From the NCBI GenBank assembly GCA_016716365.1, contig JADJWM010000017.1:258401-322400 (forward strand): 64,000 nt of DNA, in the 5' to 3' direction. A model generated the notes under the pieces. The model made no database searches. It had not been told where the DNA came from and saw only the letters and a list, made by a program, of their open reading frames with translations. Below, in pieces: positions 24,397 through 34,305 of the stretch (positions are counted from its first letter, which is position 1; every line of letters starts with the position of its first letter). The position numbers and the translations under genes are program-made. This DNA comes from Chloracidobacterium sp. (lineage in GTDB: Bacteria > Acidobacteriota > Blastocatellia > Pyrinomonadales > Pyrinomonadaceae).

Positions 24397-25230
24397 TCAA
24401 TGCTTTTTTGTGCAGAAGTTGCGTGAAACTCCTGCAAACCGGTATTCGGAAGGAGTCATCCCGACGTGACGTTTGAAAATATTTGTAAACTGGCTCTGAT
24501 CGTAGAATCCAGAAGAAGCTGAGATCACAGACAAAGGCTTGTCGGAGTGGAGCAATTCCTGCCTTGCAAACTCCAATCGAAGCTGCCGAATATACGTTCC
24601 GACAGGGCAACCATAATGACGGCGAAATTCGCGAGCTAAGTGCGCTGAGTGGACCCCAACAGCTTCTGCAAGAGCCGAGAGCCCAAATGGACTCGAGAAT
24701 CGGTCATGTATAAGATCGCGGGCCGTCGTTAGCCATCGCGGAGGGACCCGCGATTCTCTCGATGAAACACGCGCGGTCGTCGATACCAGTTCCATTATCA
24801 GGCCCTCGACGACCAGTGATGAGAACGGGTCGGACAAGTGGAGCTCGTCACGGATCCTTATGGCGATTCCGGTAAGTCTCGGATTCCTAATGTGTTCGGG
24901 CTTCTCTAAAAGGCCCGAGACCGGCCGAAAAGTGTCAATTCTACACGGAGGAAACTCGATGATCAGAGAATGGGCGCCACCCGGGCCGTATACATCTGCG
25001 TGGTGTTCGCCGGGCGGCTTTATAAGCAGGCTCCCAGGGCCGCTCTCCTGAGGCCGTTTGCCGATCGTTTCCCTGAAAGAACCAGCAAAAGTAACGTTTA
25101 TGTTAGCGTGCTTGTGTTCATGTCGACCCAGCACAAGCGAAGGGCGATGACGCGTTTCGGTGACTATGAACCCTCCCGTTTCCATCCGGGCTAATTGTGT
25201 GCCGGACGATATAGAATCCCACTTATTCAT
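24397..25230 (-). CDS. AraC-family transcriptional regulator
   Basis: C-terminal double HTH (LAREFRRHYGCPVGTYIRQLRLEFARQEL...SGFYDQSQFTNIFKRHVGMTPSEYR). Confidence 0.85.
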   Translation of the reverse strand: MNKWDSISSGTQLARMETGGFIVTETRHRPSLVLGRHEHKHANINVTFAGSFRETIGKRPQESGPGSLLIKPPGEHHADVYGPGGAHSLIIEFPPCRIDTFRPVSGLLEKPEHIRNPRLTGIAIRIRDELHLSDPFSSLVVEGLIMELVSTTARVSSRESRVPPRWLTTARDLIHDRFSSPFGLSALAEAVGVHSAHLAREFRRHYGCPVGTYIRQLRLEFARQELLHSDKPLSVISASSGFYDQSQFTNIFKRHVGMTPSEYRFAGVSRNFCTKKH

Positions 25231-25370
25231 TTGATTCGGCCTTGTTTGATGAACCGACCCACACCAACGTTGCAAACAGCAGGCCGGCAAGACTGCGGAT
25301 CACTCGTCTATTCATCGAGATTCAGACGGCCCATCCGAAATTCGTAATAGATGATACCAGTTTATGATGA

Positions 25371-25745
25371 TTAGTCCCCGATCAATTGCCCGTAAACGAT
25401 CCGATGCCCGTCCGGCGTGACGACGCAGAATTCGCGGATGTCCCAGGGCTTGTCCTCGATCGATGAGATCACTTTGGCGCCGCGTTCGGTGAATTCGGCA
25501 TATACCTCATCGACATTTTCGACCAGTACGTGGGCAAAGTACGAATGGTCGCCGGTCTCGCGAGCCCAAAGGGCATCGCTGCACTCGCCCAGCATCACCT
25601 TGAATTCGCCGAACGAAAGCAATTCCCATCCGGGGGCGGTAAAATCGAGATCGAACCCCAATTTTTCTTTAAAATAGGCTGCACTTACCGCAAGGTCCTT
25701 AACGGCAAGTACGTGGCGTGTATGGACAACGTGTCGAACTGTCAT
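25371..25745 (-). CDS. VOC/glyoxalase-bleomycin resistance family protein
   Basis: 124-aa VOC-like fold pattern (AYFKEKLGF...VTPDGHRIVYGQ). Confidence 0.75.
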   Translation of the reverse strand: MTVRHVVHTRHVLAVKDLAVSAAYFKEKLGFDLDFTAPGWELLSFGEFKVMLGECSDALWARETGDHSYFAHVLVENVDEVYAEFTERGAKVISSIEDKPWDIREFCVVTPDGHRIVYGQLIGD

Positions 25746-25792
25746 AAATATTCACGGCCCTTAATTTTCTTTCCACCGCGGACTTAGACCGC

Positions 25793-26956
25793 TCAATCGC
25801 CCGTGGCCTGCCGGAACCTCGCCTCGACCTCCGCAATGAATTTGTGGGTCTCGGGATCGTCCGAGGCGGATGACGCTTTGCGTGCCTGTTCGAACCACTT
25901 ACGGGCGAGCTCCAGGTCGTTTTTGTCGAGTGCGAATATTGTTAGCCACGCAGCGGCCTCGGCGACACCCTCACCCAAACCGCCGGGACCAATCTTTACA
26001 TACCTATCGTGCGCTTCTTCCCAGAGCTTCGCCGATTCATCGCGCTTTCCCAACCTATTCTTTACGACTGCCGGATAACGGACCGCGTTCGCATAATCAA
26101 GGGTCTCGTCGGTCGCATGCTGACGATATAACGCGAGCGCTTCGTCGTACATTCGCTCTGCATCCTCAAGCCGCCCGGCATACTCATGGTTGATCCCGAT
26201 GTGCCGCTTTACCCAGGCCTCGTCTAACGGAAGTCCGAGTTCACAATAAAGTGAGGCCGCACGCTCGTAAGCGTCGTTCGAGCCGGTCCTCATAAATGGC
26301 AGTCTTCTCAGCAAGCCGCCAAGTGCCTTCAACGATGCGGCCAAAGCCGCTTTGCTGTCCGACGCCTCGGCATTGGCGACTTCGGTCCGGGCCGCTTCGA
26401 TCTTCTCCTCCAGACCAGCAAGATGTTGGAGCATGTCACCGATCTTCCGCTTCGTATCGGGATCAGGAACATTCTGTTCTTTCCACCATTTGTTATAGCC
26501 GGGATCGACCACGGCCCCGGCCTCTATCAGAGCCTTTACTATTGCAGGGTGTCCGGGCGAATGTTCGTGTAACGCCGACCACATCGCCTGCCCGAATAGC
26601 GTGCCGCCGTACATATTCTCGACCTCTAGCGGTATATTCCGGTCCAGGAGCATCCTGACGGTCTCGAAATGGCCGCCGCTGACGGAGTAGTGCGGGCCGG
26701 AGAGCCCGGTCTTCATCCCGGCGTACGGATCGACCCCGTTGTCGAGCAGGTATTCGGCGGTCTCCGTCCGGCCGAGCATGCAGGCACAGGACAACGCTTC
26801 CGCAAGCAGGTCGGGCACCTGCTCGAATCTGCCTTCGTCATGCCAGTCGACAATCTGACGATCGAAACCGTCAGGGCCGCCAAGAAGTTCCTGAAGCGAG
26901 GTAAAATTGCCCTCGTCCAGATCCCGGAGTGTTTCGGTCCAAGCGTCACTCGTCAT
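25793..26956 (-). CDS. Ankyrin-repeat plus TPR-like protein
   Basis: Ankyrin-like repeats (TAEYLLDNGVDPYAG..., HFETVRMLLDRNIPLE). C-terminal TPR-like helical repeats. Confidence 0.65.
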   Translation of the reverse strand: MTSDAWTETLRDLDEGNFTSLQELLGGPDGFDRQIVDWHDEGRFEQVPDLLAEALSCACMLGRTETAEYLLDNGVDPYAGMKTGLSGPHYSVSGGHFETVRMLLDRNIPLEVENMYGGTLFGQAMWSALHEHSPGHPAIVKALIEAGAVVDPGYNKWWKEQNVPDPDTKRKIGDMLQHLAGLEEKIEAARTEVANAEASDSKAALAASLKALGGLLRRLPFMRTGSNDAYERAASLYCELGLPLDEAWVKRHIGINHEYAGRLEDAERMYDEALALYRQHATDETLDYANAVRYPAVVKNRLGKRDESAKLWEEAHDRYVKIGPGGLGEGVAEAAAWLTIFALDKNDLELARKWFEQARKASSASDDPETHKFIAEVEARFRQATGD

Positions 26957-27350
26957 CGATACTCCGTTGAAAACAAAGGTTGTAGCCGTCCGGGTCGGTC
27001 ACGGAAAGCTGCCGCATTCCATAGGACGTATTGAACGGCGCCTTTGGAGTCAAACCTTTCGAGGTCAGGTAGTTGTATACGGCATCCGGGTCGCCGCCGA
27101 AAAACAACGAGGTATCGCTATGCCATCGGACGCGCTCGGGCGGGCATTCGGGCGGCACGTGCCCGGGCTCGTACTGGTCGTTGAGCATCAGGTTGATGCC
27201 GTCGCGACCGATCCAGACCCAGCTAGCGTCATCGCCACCACCCGAATCCATTTGAACCTCAAAACCAAGCAGGTCGCGATAGAATGCAAGCGATCGCCGC
27301 ATACTGAAAACCTGGATCAGCGGCGTCATGCCGTCGATGCTTATCGTCAT
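26946..27350 (-). CDS. VOC/glyoxalase family protein
   Basis: 134-aa VOC-like (SLAFYRDLLGFEV...VTDPDGYNLCFQ). Confidence 0.75.
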   Translation of the reverse strand: MTISIDGMTPLIQVFSMRRSLAFYRDLLGFEVQMDSGGGDDASWVWIGRDGINLMLNDQYEPGHVPPECPPERVRWHSDTSLFFGGDPDAVYNYLTSKGLTPKAPFNTSYGMRQLSVTDPDGYNLCFQRSIDDE

Positions 27351-27404
27351 AGGCCGGTCCTCCCTTTTGGTCGAATACGCCGGACCTGTATGTAAGGTTC
27401 CAGA

Positions 27405-29000
27405 TCATCGAGCTGCCGCCAGCGAAAAGAGCATATCGACGTAGAACTTCTCGGTGTCGGCCAGGCCCGCGACCTTTGAACCGGACTTTGGCTCGATGAC
27501 CATGTATTCGTTGGGCGCGTGGGCACCGGAACCGTGGCCCAACCCGCCGGCGACGAGCGGCAGTTTGAGCGTGTCGGTAAAAACGTAGTATGGCGCGCTA
27601 CCGGCAAGCCGCGGTGCCACACTCGGCGTGAATCCGTACTTGCGGTACGTTCCGATCATCGAACGAACAAGCGGAGCCTCGACCGACGTTTGGGCCGGCG
27701 GATACCCGCTGATCTTTCGAATTATGATGTCCGAGAATCCATGCTTGTCCAGATGTGCGCGGATGAGCCGGAGGGCCTCGTCAGGTGTCTGGTTTGGGAC
27801 CAGCCGGGAATCGATCTTTGCCGTCGCGATATGCGGAAGGATCGTCTTGACGCCCGGGCCGGTATATCCGCTCCACATCCCGTTTATGTTCAGCGTCGTG
27901 TCGAAAAGATACCGCATTATCGTGTCGCGTCCGGTCAGGCCGTCCACCCAGCGGTCGACGCCCAGCCCCTGCCGCATCATTGCCTCGCGGGTCGCCCACG
28001 ACGACATCATTCCGTTAACAAGCCGCTCCTCTTCCTGTGACGGTTTGCGGATCGGGGAATAGTAGCCGTCCACCATGATCGTGTTTCCGTCGGGCGAGGT
28101 CAGCGAAGCGAGTGCCTGTGTCAACCGCCAGGCGGGCGAGTCCGTGATCGCCTTGAGCGAGCCGTGAACCTCAGCGGTCTTAGGGCCGCCGCGTTCGTTT
28201 CCCCGGGCCTCGAGCTCAAAATAGACGATGCCTTTTACGCCCAGCGTCATCCCAACGGAGCCATCGCCTCCCTGGCCGTTCATCGGGAAAAGTACGCCGC
28301 TTGCCGTCTTCAGACGGTCTTTGAATTTTTCGATCAGTTCGGGGTAATGCGGCGAACCGAGTTCCTCTTCGCCTTCCGCCAACACCATCAGGTTAACCGG
28401 CATCCCCTCGCCGCTCTTGATGATCGCCTCGACGGCGTTAAGGAACGCCCGCTCGGGGCCCTTTTGATTTGTGGCCCCGCGGGCCATCAACACCTTGCCA
28501 AGGGGATGATCGACGATGGCGCCGTCGAAAGCCGACACATTCCAGCCGGTCGGCTCGACGGGCTGCACGTCGTACATCATATAAACGGCGAGCGTTTTAG
28601 CGGCACCCGCATCGTAGTATCCCCAAACTCCCGGATGTCCGGTCGTCGGGACAACTTCGGCCTCCTTAAACCCGAGAGCCTTCAGGTCGTCGCGCAGCAT
28701 CGCGGCCATTTGCTGCACGCCGTCGTTCTGAGCGCTGATCGACCGCTGGCGGACCCACCTCTGAAGATTCGCCGTGTGCGCCGCAAGGTTTGCGTCGATG
28801 TATGCGTAGGCTTTTGAATGACTTCCGCTATATGCAGGAACCGCGGCCGCGTCGAAACTTTCCGAAGTGGTCTGCGGAAAGCTGGGCCGCCGCCCGGCGT
28901 TCTGGGCGGTCAGTGTCGAATTCAGTGAGGCGAATACAAGGACGCTTGCCGCGATGAAAACAGCAAATCCTTTACGGTTCTTACGGGTGCAAAGAGTCAT
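27405..29000 (-). CDS. Secreted M20-family metallopeptidase/dipeptidase
   Basis: Signal peptide. M20 hallmarks (GRGATNQKGP-like ARGATNQKGPE, EGEEELGSP). Confidence 0.85.
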   Translation of the reverse strand: MTLCTRKNRKGFAVFIAASVLVFASLNSTLTAQNAGRRPSFPQTTSESFDAAAVPAYSGSHSKAYAYIDANLAAHTANLQRWVRQRSISAQNDGVQQMAAMLRDDLKALGFKEAEVVPTTGHPGVWGYYDAGAAKTLAVYMMYDVQPVEPTGWNVSAFDGAIVDHPLGKVLMARGATNQKGPERAFLNAVEAIIKSGEGMPVNLMVLAEGEEELGSPHYPELIEKFKDRLKTASGVLFPMNGQGGDGSVGMTLGVKGIVYFELEARGNERGGPKTAEVHGSLKAITDSPAWRLTQALASLTSPDGNTIMVDGYYSPIRKPSQEEERLVNGMMSSWATREAMMRQGLGVDRWVDGLTGRDTIMRYLFDTTLNINGMWSGYTGPGVKTILPHIATAKIDSRLVPNQTPDEALRLIRAHLDKHGFSDIIIRKISGYPPAQTSVEAPLVRSMIGTYRKYGFTPSVAPRLAGSAPYYVFTDTLKLPLVAGGLGHGSGAHAPNEYMVIEPKSGSKVAGLADTEKFYVDMLFSLAAAR

Positions 29001-29090
29001 TTCAGGTTCTCCCGGTCAAAAAAGGTTTGTCGGATATTTTATCGTCTCTTGCTGCAACCAACGCCACAGCTTCCGCGTCCGGCGGCGCAT

Positions 29091-29861
29091 TCATCGGACG
29101 GTCACGGACAACGTGAAGCGAGACGGATCGCTGCAGTTGTTCGTTACGTAAAGAAAGCTGTCGCCCTGACGCGTCGCAAAGCCGGTGCTCGATCCGCCTC
29201 CGCGGAACGTGACGCACCCGCCGGGCGAACTAACGCTTGCCGAGAGATACTGCCCGTTCAGCGTGCGAAGGACAAAACTCCGCTGCCTGGCGACAGTGCT
29301 CGAAACGGTGTGGCCGACGCTTCCGCGCCGGAATGTAATGCGTGTCGTGCCGGGATCGTTGAAGCGGGGTGGCGGCCGGGGTGTCGCCGGCGGCCTCTGC
29401 TTTTCTTCTTCCAGGCGTCGGCGTTCTTCCTCAAGCCGTTTTCGCTCGCGATCAAGCTCGTCCTGCTGGCGCTTCAGATCATCTGCATTAATATCCGTAT
29501 TCGACGCGATGGTCGGGGACGGGCTCGGCAACGGGGTTGCCGTCGAGACGGGCGTAGGCGTAACGCTCGCCAGATTCGAACCGTTGTTATTGTTCGTGTT
29601 CGAAGCGGTCGGCACTGGCCAAAATACCCAGGCCGCAATTCCGGCAAGCACGAGAAAGCCGAAGAACAATACGGCCAACACCGCAAGCACTTTCAACCAT
29701 AGACCGCTGCCTGTCTGTGAGGCGGTTGCGGAGCGGTCCCCCGATCTAACTACTGTGGGCCGGTCCTGATCCTCAAGAAGCCCGATCAAGGGCGTCCCGT
29801 CCGACAAGCAAAAGCTCAGGTCGTCCGTATAGACGTGACTGCATTGCGGGCACCGTTTCAT
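29091..29861 (-). CDS. Zinc-ribbon membrane-anchored protein with charged coiled coil
   Basis: MKRCPQCSHVY...FCLSDG zinc ribbon. One TM (LKVLAVLAVLFFGFLVLAGIAAWVFW). RQQDELDRERKRLEEERRRLEEEKQ. Confidence 0.6.
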   Translation of the reverse strand: MKRCPQCSHVYTDDLSFCLSDGTPLIGLLEDQDRPTVVRSGDRSATASQTGSGLWLKVLAVLAVLFFGFLVLAGIAAWVFWPVPTASNTNNNNGSNLASVTPTPVSTATPLPSPSPTIASNTDINADDLKRQQDELDRERKRLEEERRRLEEEKQRPPATPRPPPRFNDPGTTRITFRRGSVGHTVSSTVARQRSFVLRTLNGQYLSASVSSPGGCVTFRGGGSSTGFATRQGDSFLYVTNNCSDPSRFTLSVTVR

Positions 29862-29968
29862 AGCGGCTCGGGCGGCGACAGAAAAAGAATTTGCCGGTAA
29901 TCTTACTACCTATCGCGAAGAATGTCGCGTGGACACCTGGCCGGATCGAGGTTAACGGGCGGAAAAGG

Positions 29969-31120
29969 TCAGCTTGTATAAAGCGGGATCGAAAAGGTGA
30001 AGGCGGCACCTTTCCCTATGCCTTCGCTTTCGGCACGCACGGAGCCGCCGTGCATTTCGACAATACTCTGTACGATAGCCAATCCGAGGCCAAGCCCCCC
30101 TTTTCGGTTTGTCGTATCGGTGTGGGCCTGTTTATAACGGTCAAAGACATGGGGCAAGAAATCAGGGCCGATGCCTTCGCCCGAATCCCTGACGGTTACG
30201 TGTCCAAAACCGTTATCGACGGCCAATTCGACGGTGATCGAACCCCCGTCAGGCGTGAACTTCAAGGCATTTGCCAGCAAATTGTTGAGGACCTGCTGGA
30301 TCCGAATTGGATCGACAAAGACCTTTGCAGGTTCCTGAGATATCCGCGAATCGATGGTGATCGACCTCTCGTCCGCAGTGGGCCTGATTGCGTCGATCGG
30401 CGGTTTTACCACTTCAGCAAATCCAACCGGGACCTTTGAGAGCCGCAGCGTGCCATTAACGATGCGGGTGACATCCAGGAGGTCCTCGACGAATTTGGTC
30501 TGCATCACGGCGCTCCGTTCGATGGCATCGACTGCTTTCTCAAAGACCTCATCATTGTTCCTGATGCTTCGCAGGAGCCGGGCCCAGCCAAGCATCACAT
30601 TCAGCGGTGTTCTGAGTTCGTGCGAAAGAACGGCGAGAAACTCATCCTTTGCCCGGTTGGCTTCTTCGGCGATCCGTCGCGCCTCCAGTTCACGGGAATA
30701 CTGAAGACGCTCTTCTTCGGCCCGTCGATGCTGGATAGCGTATCGGATCGACCTCTCAAGATCGGGGGCCTGGAGCCGCCCTTTGACGAGATAGTCGGCC
30801 GCTCCGGCCCTCAGGGCCATCTCGTCGATCTCGCGGTCGCCCTGCCCCGTGAGGATTATCATCGGGCACGAATAACCGGCCGAACGCAGTTCGCCGATCA
30901 AGTCCAGGCCGTTCTTCTCACCGAGCCGATAGTCGATCAGGCAGACATCGAACTCTCCGCAACCGGCCCGATCGACGGCCTCGTCGAAGGTCCGCACCCA
31001 CGTGATCTCATAGCGCCCCCGAGATATCTCATCAAACAAACCGCGGGCGAGGACATAATCGTCCTCGTCATCCTCGACCATCAGGACGCGGGTTTTGCCA
31101 TTGGTCCCTATTTCATTCAT
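29969..31120 (-). CDS. Hybrid response-regulator/histidine kinase (REC-HisKA-HATPase)
   Basis: N-terminal REC (VLMVEDDEDD...DVCLIDYRL). H-box SHELRTPLN. G-box GGLGLGLAIV. ATG at 31120 avoids overlap with the upstream gene. Confidence 0.85.
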   Translation of the reverse strand: MNEIGTNGKTRVLMVEDDEDDYVLARGLFDEISRGRYEITWVRTFDEAVDRAGCGEFDVCLIDYRLGEKNGLDLIGELRSAGYSCPMIILTGQGDREIDEMALRAGAADYLVKGRLQAPDLERSIRYAIQHRRAEEERLQYSRELEARRIAEEANRAKDEFLAVLSHELRTPLNVMLGWARLLRSIRNNDEVFEKAVDAIERSAVMQTKFVEDLLDVTRIVNGTLRLSKVPVGFAEVVKPPIDAIRPTADERSITIDSRISQEPAKVFVDPIRIQQVLNNLLANALKFTPDGGSITVELAVDNGFGHVTVRDSGEGIGPDFLPHVFDRYKQAHTDTTNRKGGLGLGLAIVQSIVEMHGGSVRAESEGIGKGAAFTFSIPLYTS

Positions 31121-31133
31121 TGATCGCAAGGCC

Positions 31134-31577
31134 CTAGTCCGGCAGTTCGACAAACTCGACCCAATAGTCGCCTATCGTCTTCATCAGCTCAACAAGTCGG
31201 TCAAAGGTCACCGGCTTCGTTATAAAGGAATTGGCACCCAGCTCGTAGCTTCTGTATATGTCCTCTTCGGCCTTTGAAGTGGTCATCACGACTATCGGGA
31301 TCCGGCGCAGCTCCGGATAGGCCTTTATCTCCTTAAGGGCTTCCCGACCGTCCTTCTTCGGCATGTTCAGATCGAGGAGGATCAGTCCCGGTTTTGGCGA
31401 TGCGCCTTCGGCAGCGAAGCGGCCGCGATGCAGAAGATAATCCAGCAATTCCTCACCGTCCTCGACGAATCGCAGGTCATTCACCACCCGGCTTTCCTCG
31501 AGGGCCTCTTTTGTCATCATCCTGTCGTCGGCATCGTCGTCCGCCATCAGGATAACGACTGGTTTCTTATTAGTCAT
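31134..31577 (-). CDS. Single-domain response regulator
   Basis: VVILMADDDADD...LILLDLNMPKKDG...TTSKAEED. ATGA overlap with the upstream kinase stop. Confidence 0.9.
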   Translation of the reverse strand: MTNKKPVVILMADDDADDRMMTKEALEESRVVNDLRFVEDGEELLDYLLHRGRFAAEGASPKPGLILLDLNMPKKDGREALKEIKAYPELRRIPIVVMTTSKAEEDIYRSYELGANSFITKPVTFDRLVELMKTIGDYWVEFVELPD

Positions 31578-33031
31578 TCGACATCTCCGTTCGTGTCCGG
31601 ACCCTGCTTTAACGGCAGAGTTACAATAAACGTGGCGCCCGCCTCCGGGCGGCTTTCTGCGGTGATCGACCCACCATGACGTTCGACTATCTTGCGGCAA
31701 ACAGCCAGTCCGATGCCGGTGCCGGCATACGAATTTCGCCCATGCAGTCTTTGGAACGGGGTGAAGATACGGTCCAGATACTTCTCATCGAATCCGATAC
31801 CGTTATCTTTTACCCTTACGATACCCAGTTCGCGGACATTCTTGCCTTGTGAACTTCGGCTGAAGGAAATTTCCACCGCCGGGGCTTGGCCGGGCTTGTG
31901 AAACTTGAGAGCGTTGCCGATCAGGTTCTGAAACAATTGTCGCATCTGGACCGGGTCGGCATCAAGGGTAGGAAGTTCGCCGAACTCGACCCGGCCCCCG
32001 CTTTCCTGAAGAGAGATCTCGAGGTCTCCGACGACATCGTTGACGATCTCGTTGAGGTCGGTCGGCTCGAAGGGCTGCGCTTTCGTGGTCACGCGAGAGA
32101 ACGTGAGCAGGTCATTGATCAGGGTGTGCATGCGGGCGGCCGCTTGCTTCATCCTTTCGATATAGTCGCCGGCCTCTTCCGGGAGGCTTGCCGCGTGCTT
32201 GGTCTTGAGGCGGTCGCTGAATGCCTGGATCTTCCGAAGCGGCTCCTGCAGGTCATGAGAAGCGACGTAGGCGAAATCCTGAAGCTCCCGATTGCTCCGT
32301 TCGAGTTCGGTATTCAGATCCGCGAGCTCGAGCGTACGTTCCTTTACCCGTTCCTCGAGCTTGTCGTGGGCCTGCTGGAGGAGTTCGGCCGCTCGTTTGC
32401 GCTCGGCGAGATCGCGAATGAAAAGGTAATAGACCAATCCAAGAAGGCCGAGAACGAGGGCATTCGCGGCAACAAAAGTAAGAACGGCGTTTTGGGCGCT
32501 TTGCCGCGACTCTTCCGTTCGGATCGAAAGCAGGCGTTCTTCTTCGGAGTTGATCTCAGCGGCGAGCCGCCGCACCTCGGCCATCTGCAGCTGGCCGCGG
32601 CCGAACAAACCCGAGCGCATCACGGTTTCGACGTCGCCAACACTTCGTATCTCTATGACGCGAGACAATGTATCCAATCGTTGAAGGCTTACCTGTTCAA
32701 GAGCAGCGGCCCGTTGCGCCTGGGTGGGATTGTCGGAAGTGAGTTCTACCAAGCGGGCATTCTGCTCGCTCCGTTGTTTGCGAGCCGAATCGAAGGATTC
32801 TATGAATCTTTGCTCACCCGAAACAATGTAACCGCGCTGGGCCGATTCAGCCTCGGTCAGGTGATAAATGGCGGAGCCGATTGTTTCGATCACCTGCATC
32901 GTGTGAACAACTTTAGAGTTGTTCTCGACGAGTTTTTCGGTCGCCTGAAAGGAGACCGCCGCATTGACGATCAGCAAGATTATCGCGACCGCGAACGCCG
33001 CGGCGAGACGCTTTCCGATCATTGAGGCCAT
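31574..33031 (-). CDS. CHASE3-domain sensor histidine kinase
   Basis: CHASE3-like N-terminus (VHTMQVIETIGS...AESAQRGYIVSGEQRFIESF). TM segment. H-box SHDLQEPLRK. HATPase GTGIGLAVC. Confidence 0.85.
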   Translation of the reverse strand: MASMIGKRLAAAFAVAIILLIVNAAVSFQATEKLVENNSKVVHTMQVIETIGSAIYHLTEAESAQRGYIVSGEQRFIESFDSARKQRSEQNARLVELTSDNPTQAQRAAALEQVSLQRLDTLSRVIEIRSVGDVETVMRSGLFGRGQLQMAEVRRLAAEINSEEERLLSIRTEESRQSAQNAVLTFVAANALVLGLLGLVYYLFIRDLAERKRAAELLQQAHDKLEERVKERTLELADLNTELERSNRELQDFAYVASHDLQEPLRKIQAFSDRLKTKHAASLPEEAGDYIERMKQAAARMHTLINDLLTFSRVTTKAQPFEPTDLNEIVNDVVGDLEISLQESGGRVEFGELPTLDADPVQMRQLFQNLIGNALKFHKPGQAPAVEISFSRSSQGKNVRELGIVRVKDNGIGFDEKYLDRIFTPFQRLHGRNSYAGTGIGLAVCRKIVERHGGSITAESRPEAGATFIVTLPLKQGPDTNGDVE

Positions 33032-33111
33032 GACGGTATTCTGTCAGAACGCGAATGATTTCGCCAGAAGTGCCAAGTCGGCGCCGTCCAATTTATGGGA
33101 GCACGGACGCT

Positions 33112-34008
33112 TTAATTGGTCAATCGGCCCAGGCCCGAACCATCGGCTGAAATAACGAAGATAGTGCTCGGCCCTTCACCGTCGGCTGCAAAAACGATCC
33201 GGCGGCCGTCCGGTGACCATACGCCTCCGCGCTCGATTGTTTTGGTGTTCGTGAGCCGCCGGACATTTCGGCCGTCCGCGTCCATCACATAAAGATCGGA
33301 ATTGCCGTTTCGGTCGGAAACGAAAGAGACCCGCTTGTTGTCAGGGGACCAGAACGCTGCGTTGTCATTCGCATCACTGGCATGAAGATGTTTCGCGTCA
33401 GTGCCGTCAGTTTTCATCGTATAAAGCTGGTTCTTCCCTGAGCGGTCCGAGTAGAAAAGTAGCCGTTTCCCGTCACGCGACCAGTTCGGCACCTGGTCTT
33501 CAGACTTGCCGTCCGTGATAACGCGGATATTGCCGCCATTGGAGTCCATCACCGCGATCAGCCACTTTGTGCCATCGTCAAAATCGTTGCTCTTTCGCCA
33601 CATAAAGGCGATCTTCTTCTCGTCAGGCGAATAGCCCGGCACACCCGCAAACCCCTTGAGCGTCGTAAGTTGGGTCACGTCCGACCCGTCCGAATCCATC
33701 ACGTAGATGTTGGTATCTTCGCCGTTCGCCCGCGGGGATTGAAAGAGGATCCTCTTTCCGTCCCGCGAAAAATAAGGATGTGCGTCGCGGCCTTTTGAAT
33801 TCGTCAAACGTCGCTGATCGGAACCGTCGGCATTCATTACATATATTTCCGGATCGCCATCACGGTCCGAGGTGAATGCGATCTGCTTCCCGTCATGCGA
33901 CCACTGAGGGAACATGTTATTGGAAGGCTTTGCCTGTCCGCCCACGCCGGTGGCCAATATAAGCAAAATAGATATAGGAGCCCAACGCGGAACCATCGTT
34001 AGATGCAT
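33112..34008 (-). CDS. TolB-like PD40 beta-propeller repeat protein (secreted)
   Basis: Repeated FxSDRDG..(E/D)IYVM(N/D)ADGS...RLT units. ATG at 34008 avoids overlap with the upstream gene. Confidence 0.85.
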   Translation of the reverse strand: MHLTMVPRWAPISILLILATGVGGQAKPSNNMFPQWSHDGKQIAFTSDRDGDPEIYVMNADGSDQRRLTNSKGRDAHPYFSRDGKRILFQSPRANGEDTNIYVMDSDGSDVTQLTTLKGFAGVPGYSPDEKKIAFMWRKSNDFDDGTKWLIAVMDSNGGNIRVITDGKSEDQVPNWSRDGKRLLFYSDRSGKNQLYTMKTDGTDAKHLHASDANDNAAFWSPDNKRVSFVSDRNGNSDLYVMDADGRNVRRLTNTKTIERGGVWSPDGRRIVFAADGEGPSTIFVISADGSGLGRLTN

Positions 34009-34021
34009 ACAAGAGCTTTGT

Positions 34022-34294
34022 TTATTTAACCCCGAAACGTAGTGCCGCACGCTGTTTTGCCCGTGCCGCTTCGACGCCGCGGTCGCGGACCGGTGCGGCT
34101 GTTACGAGGGTGTTGAGCATTTCCTGGGCCGCGGCAGCGACTCGCTCGACCGCGAGATAGAAAGCCTCTTCGTTCGCCTTGGAAGGCTTGTTCATTCCCG
34201 AAAGCTTGCGGACAAACTGAAGCGATGATGCTTCGACCTCGTCTGTCGTTGCGGGCGGGTCGAAATTGAAGAGCGTTTTTATGTTTCTGCACAT
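34022..34294 (-). CDS. DUF2277 domain protein
   Basis: MCRNIKTLFNFDPPATTDEVEASSLQFVRKLSG matches the DUF2277 N-terminal signature. Confidence 0.75.
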   Translation of the reverse strand: MCRNIKTLFNFDPPATTDEVEASSLQFVRKLSGMNKPSKANEEAFYLAVERVAAAAQEMLNTLVTAAPVRDRGVEAARAKQRAALRFGVK

Positions 34295-34305
34295 AGTTGC
34301 GTACG

